Assembly: GCA_965655095.1 (NCBI GenBank)
Contig: OZ296657.1
Coordinates: forward strand, 66,030,001-66,094,000
Origin: Haplodiscus bocki
Taxonomy: Eukaryota
DNA length: 64,000 nt
Direction: 5' to 3'
Shown: positions 39,080 to 51,581 of the stretch, piece by piece
Layout of the letters: every line of letters starts with the position of its first letter
How positions within the stretch are numbered: position 1 is the stretch's first letter
Program-made: the position numbers and the translations under genes
The notes under the pieces: model-generated
What the model saw: the letters and a program-made list of their open reading frames with translations, nothing else
Told to the model about the DNA's origin: nothing
Databases searched by the model: none

Positions 39080-42000
39080 ATGCGCACCAGAAAGGACAAA
39101 CAGGATTCTGAAAACTTAGAAGAAAACAGAAGAGACTTTTCTTGCTGCTACGCTCGATGAAGCTCCTGTGGGATGTAAATTTTCTGCTTTGCGAGGAATA
39201 CTCATGAGATAATGTTCATTCAATTGGTTAACTTTTGAGAAGAGCACTAAAAATACATACAAAAATAAATAGGTCCTTTCAGACTTTGATTCACTCTTTG
39301 CATGGTGGAGAAAAGAGGGCTAAATTGTATGCTATCTGTCCACAGAACATGGAAGAAGTTGATATAGCCAAATTCCAAGTCGTTTACAAGAAAGGTAATC
39401 CAACCGTTGTTGGCTTGTTGAAAAGCAACACTTTCTCATTCGAACTTCACTTTGCGGATGGCGATCATGTTGGAGAACAATTAGCGAGAAGAAGGTTGAA
39501 AAAGTAATCCAACATTGTGCGGTTGTTTTGTTAAAATAGTCGCATTTGCTATGTTTCAGATACCAAGGCTCCCTTGAAAGCTCATCGTTGCCGGTCTTAT
39601 GGTGAAATTGTTTTATAGAGTGGGGAACTTGGAACTTTAACGACTTGAAACGATTGACGTAGGCATTTTTGTTCGAGAAACTTGTATCAGCTCTGTTAAA
39701 AACTTTTTGACAAGCTAGAAGTAATTAATGTTCCGTTACACGGACAAACAAAGTTCTCAAAGATATGGTTTTGTTCATTTTGTGTCGTTCCGTCTGTTTG
39801 AATTAAATGTGACAAAAAACAGAAGCTACAAAAAGGATTGGAAAACATCACGCTTTCCGTTTCAAAATCATTTAATTTTCTAGAAAATGCTATAATCGTC
39901 TGAGAACCTAATTTTTGTTACCTGGTGTCATCTTTCATTGATGCTTTATAAAAGCTTGCCACACAAAGTAAAACGAATATCGAAATGAACTTTCTGCAAT
40001 TTGAAACAACAATATTTTTCAAAATTCGAAGATTCTCAAATTAATACTCAACATCGCACCCAAAGAATCAACATCGAAGAGGACTGTCTTGAAGACCATT
40101 CTGATAATGCAACGACACAGTGTCTACAAAGGCAAAAAAATCAACTAATTGATTTGCCGGATCAATTGAGAGGTTTTGCAATGAATTACCAGTCTGTGTG
40201 TTCAACAGTGCAAAGTACGAGTTTAACTTGGTTATTCTTCCTACTACCCGTTCCTGTTAATGAACAACACATTGAGCCATAAGTTATGGAGAAGGCCAAT
40301 TAATTTGTCTCGTCCAATTTTGGTAACGTTCAGTTGCTCGACATTTTGAAATTACTTGGTTGAGACACACACCCTATTTTTTCCTCAGGGCGTACAAGAC
40401 AGTAGAAGAACAAAATTTTCCCCCTTTGAACAGTTCGACCACCTCGCCAAACTGAATCATACGGAACAACCCCCTCTTTACACTTTTCACAAAAATTATG
40501 AAAGTGCGATCATCCTGGGAGGAGTATAAAAACTATGAAAATTTCATAAACAACGGATTGTCGAACGAGTTTGCCGTGGTTAAATTGAAGCTCTCTGAAG
40601 CACCACCTGAAGAAGTTGTATACTATCATCACTTGGAGAAAGTGTGTGAAGAGGATTAAAAGCAGACTTGTGAAGTCTTGTTGCTATGGTAAATCAACAA
40701 AGACGTTGTCTTGACTCGAAAAGTTTTGCAAAAACGGTAGCATTTTAAAAAAATACCGATTTTCACGTGCTCAAACTTTGAGATACGTTACACAGTCTCG
40801 CCAACAATTGTTTGCAAGAGTATAAAAGTTACAAGTTTCACCCTTTCACAGAGAGCGACAAACACTTGCGGTAAAAAACCTGCCAGGAAATTGTCGGTAG
40901 ATCTTTGATAGTACTTACACGTAAAATGGTTGTTCATGAGACTCCCATTTCCAAGTCTTTAAACTTTTGAATGTCATTTGTGGGGACTGATACCAGCTAA
41001 ATTCACCCAAATTCTATATGTCAACTCATGCCTACAGTACTTCAAGTAAGATACAAATTTGACAAAGATTTCCAAAGATTTGAACACAAACAAACCAAGA
41101 CAAGCAGCTTCAGAAATGTGATCAGATTACAATTCGAACGAATTAGAGGCCAGTGCAAAATACAGAGCTTCTACAAGACATGAACTGAGGAAAACAATCA
41201 TTGTTTCAGTGCCGATGGAAATTGTGCCAATAGCAGCAGAGTGTTTGTAGCCTCTGCTGTTTTTACACTTACTGTTCAGGCCAATAGGCGCAACCATCGC
41301 TAAGAGATGAAGACATTGAACGCGAAAAAAAAGAAACACGCAATCGGATAAAATGCAAAGACAATAGATCAAAGTGAAAAGTTACGATAAGGCAAAGATG
41401 TGGGATCGTGGATGATGGTCATTATACAAGATAGATGCTTTAGTAAAGCAGCACTTCGGGAAATTGTTTCCTTTCAAGAGGCCATTGGAGAAGAACAAAT
41501 TAGGGAAAACATTTAATCGCATTAGTTGTTTGGTTGTAAACAGTGTGAAACTCTTGTCCCAAATCAACAGAGATAACAAGTTGCCAATTGTGTTCCATTT
41601 GCAAAATAAACTAACCATCACAAATAAAGTTTCATTCTTTCAGTCAAAAGTATGCTGAGAGGCGCAGATTGGCACACAGACGATGAAATGGAAAAGGATT
41701 AAAAATCCCCCTTTTTAGCCTTCGCAGAGAATTGTTTGTATATTTGTATATTTGTATGCGTGAAGTTAAAATACAAGAGTGCGAGTCTTTGCGAAGTCAC
41801 GACTGTGACGTTACGTTTACAGCATATTCTTGCTTTACTTCTTTTCCAGAACGTGTTTTGCAAGACACAAGAAGAACGAGAAAAAACAGCCTGGTTTGTT
41901 CGAGGAACAGTTTCAATCAATTGAATTCTTGTGTTGGTGTAGTAAAACAAAGTGTTGTTAAAACTCTTGCTCCAACAAGTATATATTCAGCATCAAAAGG

Positions 42001-42210
42001 TTGAACAAACGAACTTTCGACGATTGTTGAAAATGGTCTCAATACGAAAATTCCGAAAGTTGTAGAGAAAACAGGAAAAGTAATATCAACAGTTCAAAGA
42101 GTCTGAACAAAAATCATTGTGTCTTCACCTATGGGCAGTCCAAAAAAGTTTATCGTCAGTTTTTTCGAAAAAGATGATTTTGGAGGACGCTTTGCATACC
42201 TATCGGTTGA
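39080..42210 (+). pseudogene. Protein-primed family B DNA polymerase (pPolB) relic with internal deletion
   Basis: TLDEAPVGCK; DGDHVGEQLARR; exonuclease region EKAN*FVSSNFGNVQLLDILKLLG..FLRAYKT; motif A SFVGTDTS*IHPNSICQLMPT (~40975-41035); inserted HCFSADGNC segment; C-terminal FFSRTCF..KKQPGLFEEQF..CSKT..SKGLNK..TYGQSKK. Confidence 0.88.
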
Positions 42211-42679
42211 AGATTCATTTTTTTCAATTTTGCAAAGTGTTCGTTTGTTTTAATATACCCTAATTAAGTTTTTGACACTTTCTGTCATTTTTTAAAGCGT
42301 TAAGTCACAACAGATACCCCAGTTTTTTAAACTAACCCCGAAGTAAAAAAAAGAGCCGACAGTGTAAAAAACGCAACTGTAATATTCACCACTGGGAATA
42401 ATATTTAGTTCCGCACCCGATAGTTATCAACCCAGATAGTGCCCGGATCAGAGAAACTACAAAAACAGTTTTTGCCAAAGTGTCACTGTTCCAAAAATGA
42501 CACCAACTCTTGCCAGTCAACGAATACACATCACAGAAGGGCTGCAGACCCTTCTCGGTTCTCGACTCTTTTCACCTTTTTTTGCATTGGGGTCTTTCCC
42601 TTCATTCCAGGCTTCTATTCTCCGCTCTAGACTACTAGGATTCTCTAACACTGTACATGACGAACACACTCACCTCCGC

Positions 42680-45480
42680 TCCTTTGTGATAATGCAAAGA
42701 TTCTCTGGACCTCGCTGAACACATACTCTGGTCCTATCTTAGTACATTGATCCCACGTAAAAACAGATTTGTCGAAAACGACGTCCAGCCTCGAACAGCC
42801 AGTTTGCCCATCGGTGGGTTCTTGGATCCTATAGCCTATCTCCTTGCAGGGAGGGACGTCAACCACCAAGCGAAGTTCTGCTCACTCTCCCATTACTAAT
42901 TCAATCTGTAGTTACAGCTGACACATGTGCTCAACACGTTGATCATATGCATACAACTGTTCACACTCCACAAAAACTTCTCCAAAAAATAGATTTAGTG
43001 TTCCAGCGTATTGAATTTATTGGTCATAACTTGCCTTTGAGTAACTTCGCTTTAGACCAACAAAAGATGGAACCATCTGCCGAAACTATCAAGTAAGTTA
43101 CCCGAGGGAACTGACTGCTTCGTAATTAACCTCAAACTCCCCTTTTCAGTGAAATCTTTTCAAAGAATCATTTGGCTTGAAACTTTTTGAAAACAGTGTA
43201 TCACCTTGTTTGTAAAAAAAGCGTACGGTTGTTCCAAATGTTGCCGCCGGACACATAATTCCAACAGACTCTTGGCCACAATGATGCGTCCTTGACATCA
43301 ATGAAATTCTCTCTACAGCAACGAATTGTCCGTTAAGGCGTCAATAATTTGACAAAAAAACACCCACAAAAACGCGACGCCATCGACCGTGCTGTAAGCT
43401 ACATGCTGCTGGTAGGAAAATAGGCAACTGATAATACAGCAGACTCTAAAACCAACGTAAACTTACCTTTCAGGTCTTTTTACTTTACCGCAGAGGAAAT
43501 ATATGACCGAGGAAACTCTAGTCATGCAGTTTTCTTATGAGAAGTTCGGAAAAATCAAATTGCGCATGAAGAAGCCCCGCAAAATAATGACGCAAAGCAA
43601 AATTGTACTGGTTTCATTTCAGGCAACACAAGTTCCTCCAGAAGTTTGCAATTTTCATGACCAGGCCCTTCATTTGAATTTCGTTCTCATTCTCGTAACG
43701 AGTGTCAAGAAACCAGCAGCCAACTATCTGTCTGGTGTGAAAAGTCCAAATACAGGGTTAGTTTGGAAATAACTGATTCGATTTCGATCAACAACATCGA
43801 AGTTGTCCCGATCTCACTAACGTACAAACGAAGAAACGACGAAGGGGACTTTACCCTCGCTGAAACGACTTCATCAAAAAACGCACCGACTTTTGGGAAG
43901 GATGAATGAGATGAAAATAAAATTTTGCTGATGGCCAGATATTAGGAAGGAGGATCAGTCATTCAGTATAAGTCACAAGAGAATGAAATCAGCTTTCAAA
44001 TCGCCACCATGAACACTCTTCCTTCCGACCTCAACCACTCCCCTCAGTTTGTTCAGAAAAAATCAACGAAATCACCCAGCAGAGAACAACTTAGCCCAAT
44101 CGGGTTTCACGAAGTTTTTTTTAAAAAAAAACAACCAACCGAGGCAAAAAATCAAAGAATGATGTGAATCATTCAGGAAGGACAATTAACTAACTTTTAA
44201 CTTGATTTCGATAATCAGCTGCGTCGGAAGCTCATGCCATATTGCAACCGGCTACAAGCTACGGGTGACTTACCATATCGGCAGCAGTTTCACCGCACTA
44301 AAACAGCACCACCAAGCATCTCGTGGACTGCAACAGCAAAATAGGTGACGAAATCGGGACACTGTAGAAGCCCCAACAAGGAACAACCGCCTTGGAACAT
44401 CGAAATTGTTCAAAATTTTTAGATATACGTACTAGGCACTTGATTTAAAACGTTCAATAATAACTTAAAAACTGTCGGACAACTTTCCTCCGACACGGCA
44501 GCACCTCTTGCTCTATAGCAGATATACAACCACTATGTAGAAATCTTATGGAACAACCCTAGAGAGCTAACAGTTTCTGACTTTCACACGCCCATCCCGA
44601 CTGCCCCGGACGCTTTCCCTAGGTACTTGATTCTTTGCCACTCCTGCAGTATAGCAATTGAGTTTTAAAAGACGCTTTCCTGCAAAACGTTTTTTGCTTA
44701 GCACGATTAAGTCTTTAAACGCAAACTGACTGACGAGGAGACACCGGTTTTTTCTAAAAATAGCCAGAACTCTTGACTGATTTGGCTATCAAAAGTCACC
44801 ACGCAACACTCAAAAATGACAAAATCATAGTTATAAATGAACTGCACCATCAAAATTTCAACAATTCCTGAAGATCAACGTCTCTCCAGACAAACTTTCG
44901 GGACCGACACCTCAACCATGTTGTATTGGCTCATAACCCGAAGTATAGCCATTCTTAGAGGTGTTCACCGACCAACAAACTCTATGGACGCATTTACTAC
45001 AATGCATTAGACCTTCAGTTCAACAACCAATTGCAAGTGAGGCGTAACAATGTCAACCTTCGACGAATAGTTGATGAAGTCAAACAAAAATACGAAGAAC
45101 CAGTGCATTTTTCTGTGAACCCTTTCACAAGTACGAGAACAACTATCAACGAAAAATCTATGCTGAACCAGTTATTGTAGGAGACTTTGTTTTCATCCTG
45201 GAGCGTAAGTACCAAACACAGTTAGTTGTTACACAGTTCGATGTTTTCTTCCAAAACAGTCCAAAAAATTTCACAAAAAAGCCTCATTCTAACTACATCT
45301 TCTGCGAAACCACCACAATCAAAACTGAAAGTGTGGCCTGCATTCGACTTTGAAATTTCATCACGCGAAAAAATCTAAGAGTTTTTCTTTCGACAACACT
45401 CTGTTGATGCTATCGACGAACCAGATGGTTTTCCAATTACAAGCCCAGAGAAGCACCTCGTCAGGAAATTCCACTAGAAA
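42680..45480 (+). mobile_element. Gypsy pol relic (RT-RNaseH-integrase)
   Basis: RNaseH DAIDRAVSYMLL and ORF 43503 (MQFSYEKFG..KKPRKIMTQSK..FQATQVPPEVCNFHDQALHLNFVL..KKPAANYLS). Integrase LAIKSHHATLKN..ELHHQ..DRHLNHVVLAHNPKY..LYGRIYYNALDLQF. Confidence 0.8.
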
Positions 45481-46309
45481 GTAAAAAAAGCTAGACATTG
45501 GAAACCCGCAGCAAATCGTGAAGTACCATCAACCTTGGAGGCGTCTAGAATTGAACTCAGAGACACTAGAGATCGCATTAAGGACATCTCTTTTCGTTAT
45601 GATTGAAAATTTAGACTCGCTAAACAAGGATGTACACGTACACACACATCTTTTAAAAAACAAACAGACCTTTCTACCTACTCAGGAAATTCTTCCACTT
45701 GGTCCTATCCTAATTATTCTATCTCCACCACACGTTCCACAACCAGAAGTAGACCATGACGAACCTGAGGCACGAAAGCAAGCCTCTGCTCGCACGCACA
45801 AATCACACTACATTTTGTGAGAAACTCCTAAACCTAAAATCTATCCGGATTTCATCAATCCGGAACTAGGTAACAAAGCAGCGTAAGCAAGGGCAAAGGT
45901 TTTATTCTAGAAGGACGCCTAGCATAGCAACAAACTATTACTCTACCTATTCCTGAAGTGTAACCTCTGAGGATGCTCGAGACCCTAGTTACGTTTTTAA
46001 GTCCGACTGATATCGCACGCAGTAACTTGCGTCCCTCCGCATGCAACACAATTAGGTTGAAGAAGACGCGGTAACATGTTGGTTTCACGGCATAATTAAT
46101 AGTATTCAAAAACCACAACAAATTTCTCAGAATTGTTCAACACGCATTTCAACAATCAGCCACGGGCACTCAAACTCCTGCCTAAAAGTGAGTTTATATA
46201 TTCTCTTCCCCAAATTTCCAAACACTTGCATTCCTCCAAAAAAGTGGAAACAAACTTTGCTGTTTTTCCGTCAGAGTAACACAATCCAATACGACGCAGT
46301 TCACTACTT

Positions 46310-46620
46310 CCATGCAATCCGTACCATTTGCACACATTTGTGCTGTTTCTTATACATTTGATGCAAACAAAGGATTTGGCCACAGTGTGTTTTTACAATG
46401 ATTCTTTTTTACTCAAACCTAAAGCATTGCTGCAATTAGTCTCCCACCATCAACATCTCAACTCAATAACTTAGTTTTTCTAACGTAATAACAACTCAGA
46501 AGACACTCCGGGGGTAGCTTGCACAACATTTGAGACCTAATATGAAAAAAAAACTTTTTCACTTGAAATTCTCTGTTTGGGAAAAGCTCACGCATGTTCT
46601 ATTTTGGAATGACCCCCTTA
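46310..46620 (+). pseudogene. Possible TARG1/OARD1 (Poa1p)-like macrodomain remnant
   Basis: PFAHICAVSYTFDANKGFGHSVF..SIAAISL..NLVFLT..GSLHNI..EILCLG follows AHCVSxDxxMGKGIA..GxVA..IYYLITK..SL..IPxLG, with several stops. Confidence 0.4.
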
Positions 46621-49600
46621 CTTAGCTATGAATAAAAAGTGACAGATTTCTTGGACTATCGCCTCAGATGTGTCCTATGACCACTAAAATCAACCCATCA
46701 GAGTTATTTACAATACGTGCAAGACTACCTATGGACGGACGTTCCATAGGTAATTAATGGAGTGCATCACATTGGCATGAAATTTTCGGCTTGGTCATGT
46801 GGTACGTATTGCTATACCCAAGAAACTGACTTCCTAGGTTTTCTCAAAAAACGTTTTTTTTTCATATTTGGAACCATGTAAAAGAACCCCCTGCATATAT
46901 TTCTTAGCTAGCATCACTTTTCTTCTCAAGCTCAGTCTTTTTCTCATTCATAAAGTCAAAATCAGGAAAACGAAAGTCAATACCACCTTTATTTCCATTT
47001 TTATCTCTTCTGTATTTCCTTTTCTTCTTTCCTCTGTACAGCATCCCCATGTTGATTTTTTTGTTGCCTGGTTTATCAGCCAGCTTTTTTAAATCCAGCG
47101 AAAAGCTTTCTAGCCAATGTATTAAAAGTAAAAGCTACAAGATTGAAATTTCTTAAATTTCAACCAAACGTCACGCCCCCGAACCTTCACGGCCTGTCGA
47201 CGTCACTACGCAACTGAAAAATTTGCCCTTCTGTTGGAAAACGGTCAGAAAGTCTTCGACTTTGCATGCAAGGCCAGGAAGCATTCTACTCTGCACTCGA
47301 GGAACATCAGAACACGAACTCGTCACTGGCTCAGCTTCTCAAACAATCACAATCTTCTTCTTCGTGGTCACTTTATCAGCAAAGTATACTCCTGGACTTC
47401 TCAGTATAACCCCTTTTTGGACTTCTTTGTTCCCAGTTTGCGCAGAGAAAGAAAACTCGAAGCATAATCATCCGCTGAGGGGTACATTACGCTGGGTACA
47501 GTCTGTCACAGCACCATGATGATCTCAACCGTGGCGGCACGACTTCGCACTGACAAGTTTCCCACGGCGATTACACCCAACGGTCATCCAAGAACGTATT
47601 CTTCGACAGAGAATCCTTGCATACCGTCATTTTCGTCTCTCGGGAGATACTTGCAGGCGTGGCCTGGGTGGTTGAAGTAACATCGCACTGCAAGTACCAC
47701 CATCAGTACCACATTGGCGTTGGCACGGAAGTTAACCTCCAACAATTTGATTTCCATGGTCCTTTGCAAGCCTTGGAACTTGTTTCAACCCCTACCAGAA
47801 TCGCACCACCTATTCAAGTTTGAATTTGAACGCACCATCGGAGTTTGAAATTCATAGCTCCACTGATGTTTGAGTCGCTCACTCCTCTTCAAGAACTGCG
47901 GCAGCATTTTTTCCAGCTCCACAACAATGAGCGCAACCATACTTTATTTCCAACAACTGTTTTCGAAATTTGGGTATCGACATAATAATGATGCATTCAC
48001 CGGTCGACATAACTTCAAGTCAAATTATTTCATACAAACGTCAAACAATAGACGGGTTTGGAAACTAATTTCGCCAAAAACCGACCACCGAACTGAAGCA
48101 TAGCCTCAACAAAGCAAAAAAAGAAAGCGAAAAAAGCTAAATCAGAGAAAAGTTACCAAAAGAACAAAGTTAGTTGTAATAAAATCGCTGAATCGTTTGA
48201 AATTGCGTTGACAAGTAACACTACTTTGCCTGAAAAGTTGACCCTTATCTAGAGACCAACGAATCCTTGCCTCAAAAAACGCTTCTGTATGAAAAATCGT
48301 TCACACTTCCTTGACACGAAATCAGGACAAAAGCGTGAACACAATTTTCCCCCAAAAATCAGTCAATTGAGCCCAGTTCCGCACGAGATTGGCCTTGCTC
48401 ATTGTTGGACTCCCCGAGATGTGTTTTAGGCAAGTGTGGTAATTTCTTCGGTCCTGCATCGTGATTTCATCTCGGAATCTATTAGCAGGTATTGAGAGGC
48501 ACCAGATTTGTCAGTCGCGTTTTTTTTACCAAGAGAAAAAACCAACACATCTTCTGCCACAGAAGGACACAAAAACTATCAGAATTTTGGTTAAATTTGT
48601 AAGCATAGCCTTGTTCTTGTACCCTCACAAACCTGGAATGAATTTATTGCTGACCATAGTCTTTCCTGTTTGGAGCTTAGCAGAACAAAGGTTTTCATTC
48701 TCAAAATTTCTTCTTTTCCCGTTCAATCTTCACTCAATGCAAAGATCAAAAAGGTTAATTTTGGACTCTGGCCACGCCACGGAGGTAGAAGGCCGCAAAT
48801 TTCAGTGCAGAACATTGTTGAACAGTGTTTTACATCATTTGGTCCTTTTCTGTAACATATCTTAAATTTTATTAACCGTTGTTCCCTTCTTCGAAACGCT
48901 ACGCTCAAAAAGATGCGAAGTCTAGACCAGATGCAGCTTCATAACGCTCCCACTGGCTAACGTTCCCGACAGGCACCTTAAAATTAGTCTGCACGGGTAT
49001 GGTGAACTTAATTGTTACGTGTGGTATGTTCATACACTGCTTTCCTCTGTCTTCTCTTCCATTGCTACAGCGCTGGTCATCAATGCTAGTTGGCTACCTT
49101 TGAGTGACGTACCACCAGTCACAGGAAAATTCAGTCGTGCAGCGCCGTGTTATTTAATGTTTTTTACTCTTCGTCAAGCCCAAAGGAACTAACATCGAAC
49201 GTCAGTTAGCGTAACTTTTCGGTAATAAGGGCTTCAATGTTGTTTTTGGGTGATTAAAGATCAAATCATGGAAACCTCACAACATCGGTTCTCTACAGCC
49301 ATCCGCTACTGTCGACTTCTTGTGAGTTTTCATCTGCTGCACTCTGTTTTTTTCTCGCATTTTCGCATCAATTGCAATGATATGTTCGCGTGTTTGCAGC
49401 TGTAAATTTTTTCAAAAACAATTTGCAAATGTTGCGGTATTTATTACACGTTCATATCAATTTAATAGTTTCACTCATCCAAAACAACTGCTCAAAATTT
49501 TTGAATTGCCGAAAACTGCCGATTTCTTTATAGGTTTTTTTAGAATAAAGGGAGGTTGCATTTACAAACAAATGAATTCACTGAATTCCCTGATATTTGG

Positions 49601-50130
49601 GTCTTGGAACTTAACTTGCCAAGTTACGACGTTTTTAAAGCCATTTACAGAATCTTCTCTTTTGTTTCTCTCATACAGTTGTTTAACATAGCTGCGATTA
49701 TTCAGCAATAATGTATGGGTTGCTATACATTCTCCAGCTGCTCCATTGTCGGAACCTTAAACCCCTTCCATAACAGCGCACCATCTTCGCGGACACTGTA
49801 TTCACTAATGTGATTTTGTCAATTTATCCTTTCTTCAACTCTGAGGATCAGATCTTCAACTGAATTTTCAGTCACCATTTTGCAAATGGCCTTGTACATC
49901 AAAGGTTCCATAATTTCCAAAAAACGAAAAAACGAAATCAAAAAAACAAAACCAACAACATTCTTGGTGACCAGTATCCAATTTTCCTTCGCTGCTCCGC
50001 TTTTCGGTCATACCTTTTTCGTTTAGTTTTTCATTCCCATATTGACACCTAACCTCAACAATATTAGGCTTTTGTTGTTTTACATCGTACAGTGCACTCG
50101 TTTATTCAATCAAATTTAGTTTAGAACATA

Positions 50131-50640
50131 TTGTTCCAACACCTTTGTTTCTTTTCGCACAAATTGACATTTGTGCCTGATAAATATCTCACGCCTTTTT
50201 GTTTACATCTCCGGTTTCGGAACATTTGGCTCCTTTTTTACTTTGGTGACGCTTTTTTCTATGACACTTGTCAATATTGTCTGCAGGCAAGTTGCCTCTT
50301 CTCATTTTTCCTTCTTCACGACAATACGACTTCTTCAACTATCTCTTCCATTATGCTCGACGAATTGGAATTTTCAATCCATTTTCAATGGACATCTATG
50401 CACAATACTCTTAATTATAATGTCATTCGTATCAAATACGATTCAGAAGGCAACCTGTTCATTACGCTCATCAATGGAGATCTTCTCACCTTCTACGAGG
50501 GACATGCGAAGTGGTTCGAGTTCACCACACTTGTACACTCCAGGAACTTTACAACCCCTAATTCCCACGGCATTAGAAAAATTATTAAATTCCATAAACT
50601 TAATATGAATTTGAAACAAGTCTTCAAAGACCTTGAATAA
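50131..50640 (+). CDS. ORF of unknown function upstream of env (probable accessory gene)
   Basis: Open 169-codon frame whose C-terminal ~95 aa (MLDELEFSIHFQW..RIKYDSEGNLFITLINGDLLTFYEGHAKWFEF..) looks globular. Same strand as env. Confidence 0.3.
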   Translation: MFQHLCFFSHKLTFVPDKYLTPFCLHLRFRNIWLLFYFGDAFFYDTCQYCLQASCLFSFFLLHDNTTSSTISSIMLDELEFSIHFQWTSMHNTLNYNVIRIKYDSEGNLFITLINGDLLTFYEGHAKWFEFTTLVHSRNFTTPNSHGIRKIIKFHKLNMNLKQVFKDLE

Positions 50641-51581
50641 CTCACATGTTTGAAAAGAGCTTTATGCTATTTTCTTCGGATCGTTCTAATCAACGCTTTT
50701 GCTTATCCAAATTTTCAATCTCATTTTTAGGCCTTCTTGACGCATACCGGTTCTTCTCTACTCTAGTTTCTTTTGTCTATTTTTTAGAAGTACGCGCTTT
50801 CGTTTGCAACTGTTTAACTACAAGTATTCTAACACTAACAGAACAACAAAAAAAACAAGGAATTTTTCCAGGTTTCAGTTCAGGTAAATAATTAGTTTGT
50901 GACTTGTCCATTCTGCTCTCCTTTCAACTATTTTTCAATATATCATATGTCCCGTACGAAACGGTAACTGCGTAACGCAATAGCGTAATATAGGCGACAA
51001 GGCATGCAAGCAATTGTTCCAGTAACTATTGCCACAATACTGGCCACTGATATTTCGTTCGTTGCATGCTCCATTTGAATTGGCCCGCAAATCAATAGTT
51101 TCTCCTTTGTCCTGAAAACTTTTCCATGCCGACCGCTAACAAAACACTTCATGCTGCCTCCAGGCCTTTAACTCACAGACCATCTCCACTCCGACTATTG
51201 TCACCAACATGACACATGCAATGTGGCAAAATTTCATTTTGAGCTGACAGACTCGAATTCAACTTTAAGTTTTGTCCAAACGTTGAAGAACAAAAAAGAA
51301 CAGAAATACTTTCAACTTTCACGGCGAAATTCCATGGGCCCACTTTGACTTTTCTTTTCGAACATTGGAATCGAAAATTTCACCGATAGATATGACTTTT
51401 TCAAAATATGTGACCATCCGGTTTAAATGTGACAGTTTGCACCATCAAATCTTTACATCCAGCTACTTTTTTAACCTTATGACCGTTCGCAAATATTTTC
51501 GTTGAAATTTCTTTTTCATTCTTTCCTTTCCGATTTGACAGTAAAGTACCTTTTGAGTCACAACATTTGACACCTACAAAC

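Larger units (their letters stand above)
29700..42210. mobile_element. Polinton/Maverick (adintovirus-like) endogenous element relic, rearranged and interrupted
   Basis: Co-location of remnants of a retroviral-type integrase, an adenain-like protease, a major capsid protein and a protein-primed PolB. No terminal inverted repeats identified. Confidence 0.85.

Noticed and set aside
42378-42680. 5' LTR pairing with the candidate LTR at 53989
   Set aside because: The two sequences show no visible similarity, so the pol at 42.7-45.5 kb and the env at 51.6 kb cannot be shown to be one element.
48461-48900. SGNH-hydrolase-like accessory ORF
   Set aside because: No catalytic GDS or DxxH motifs could be read.
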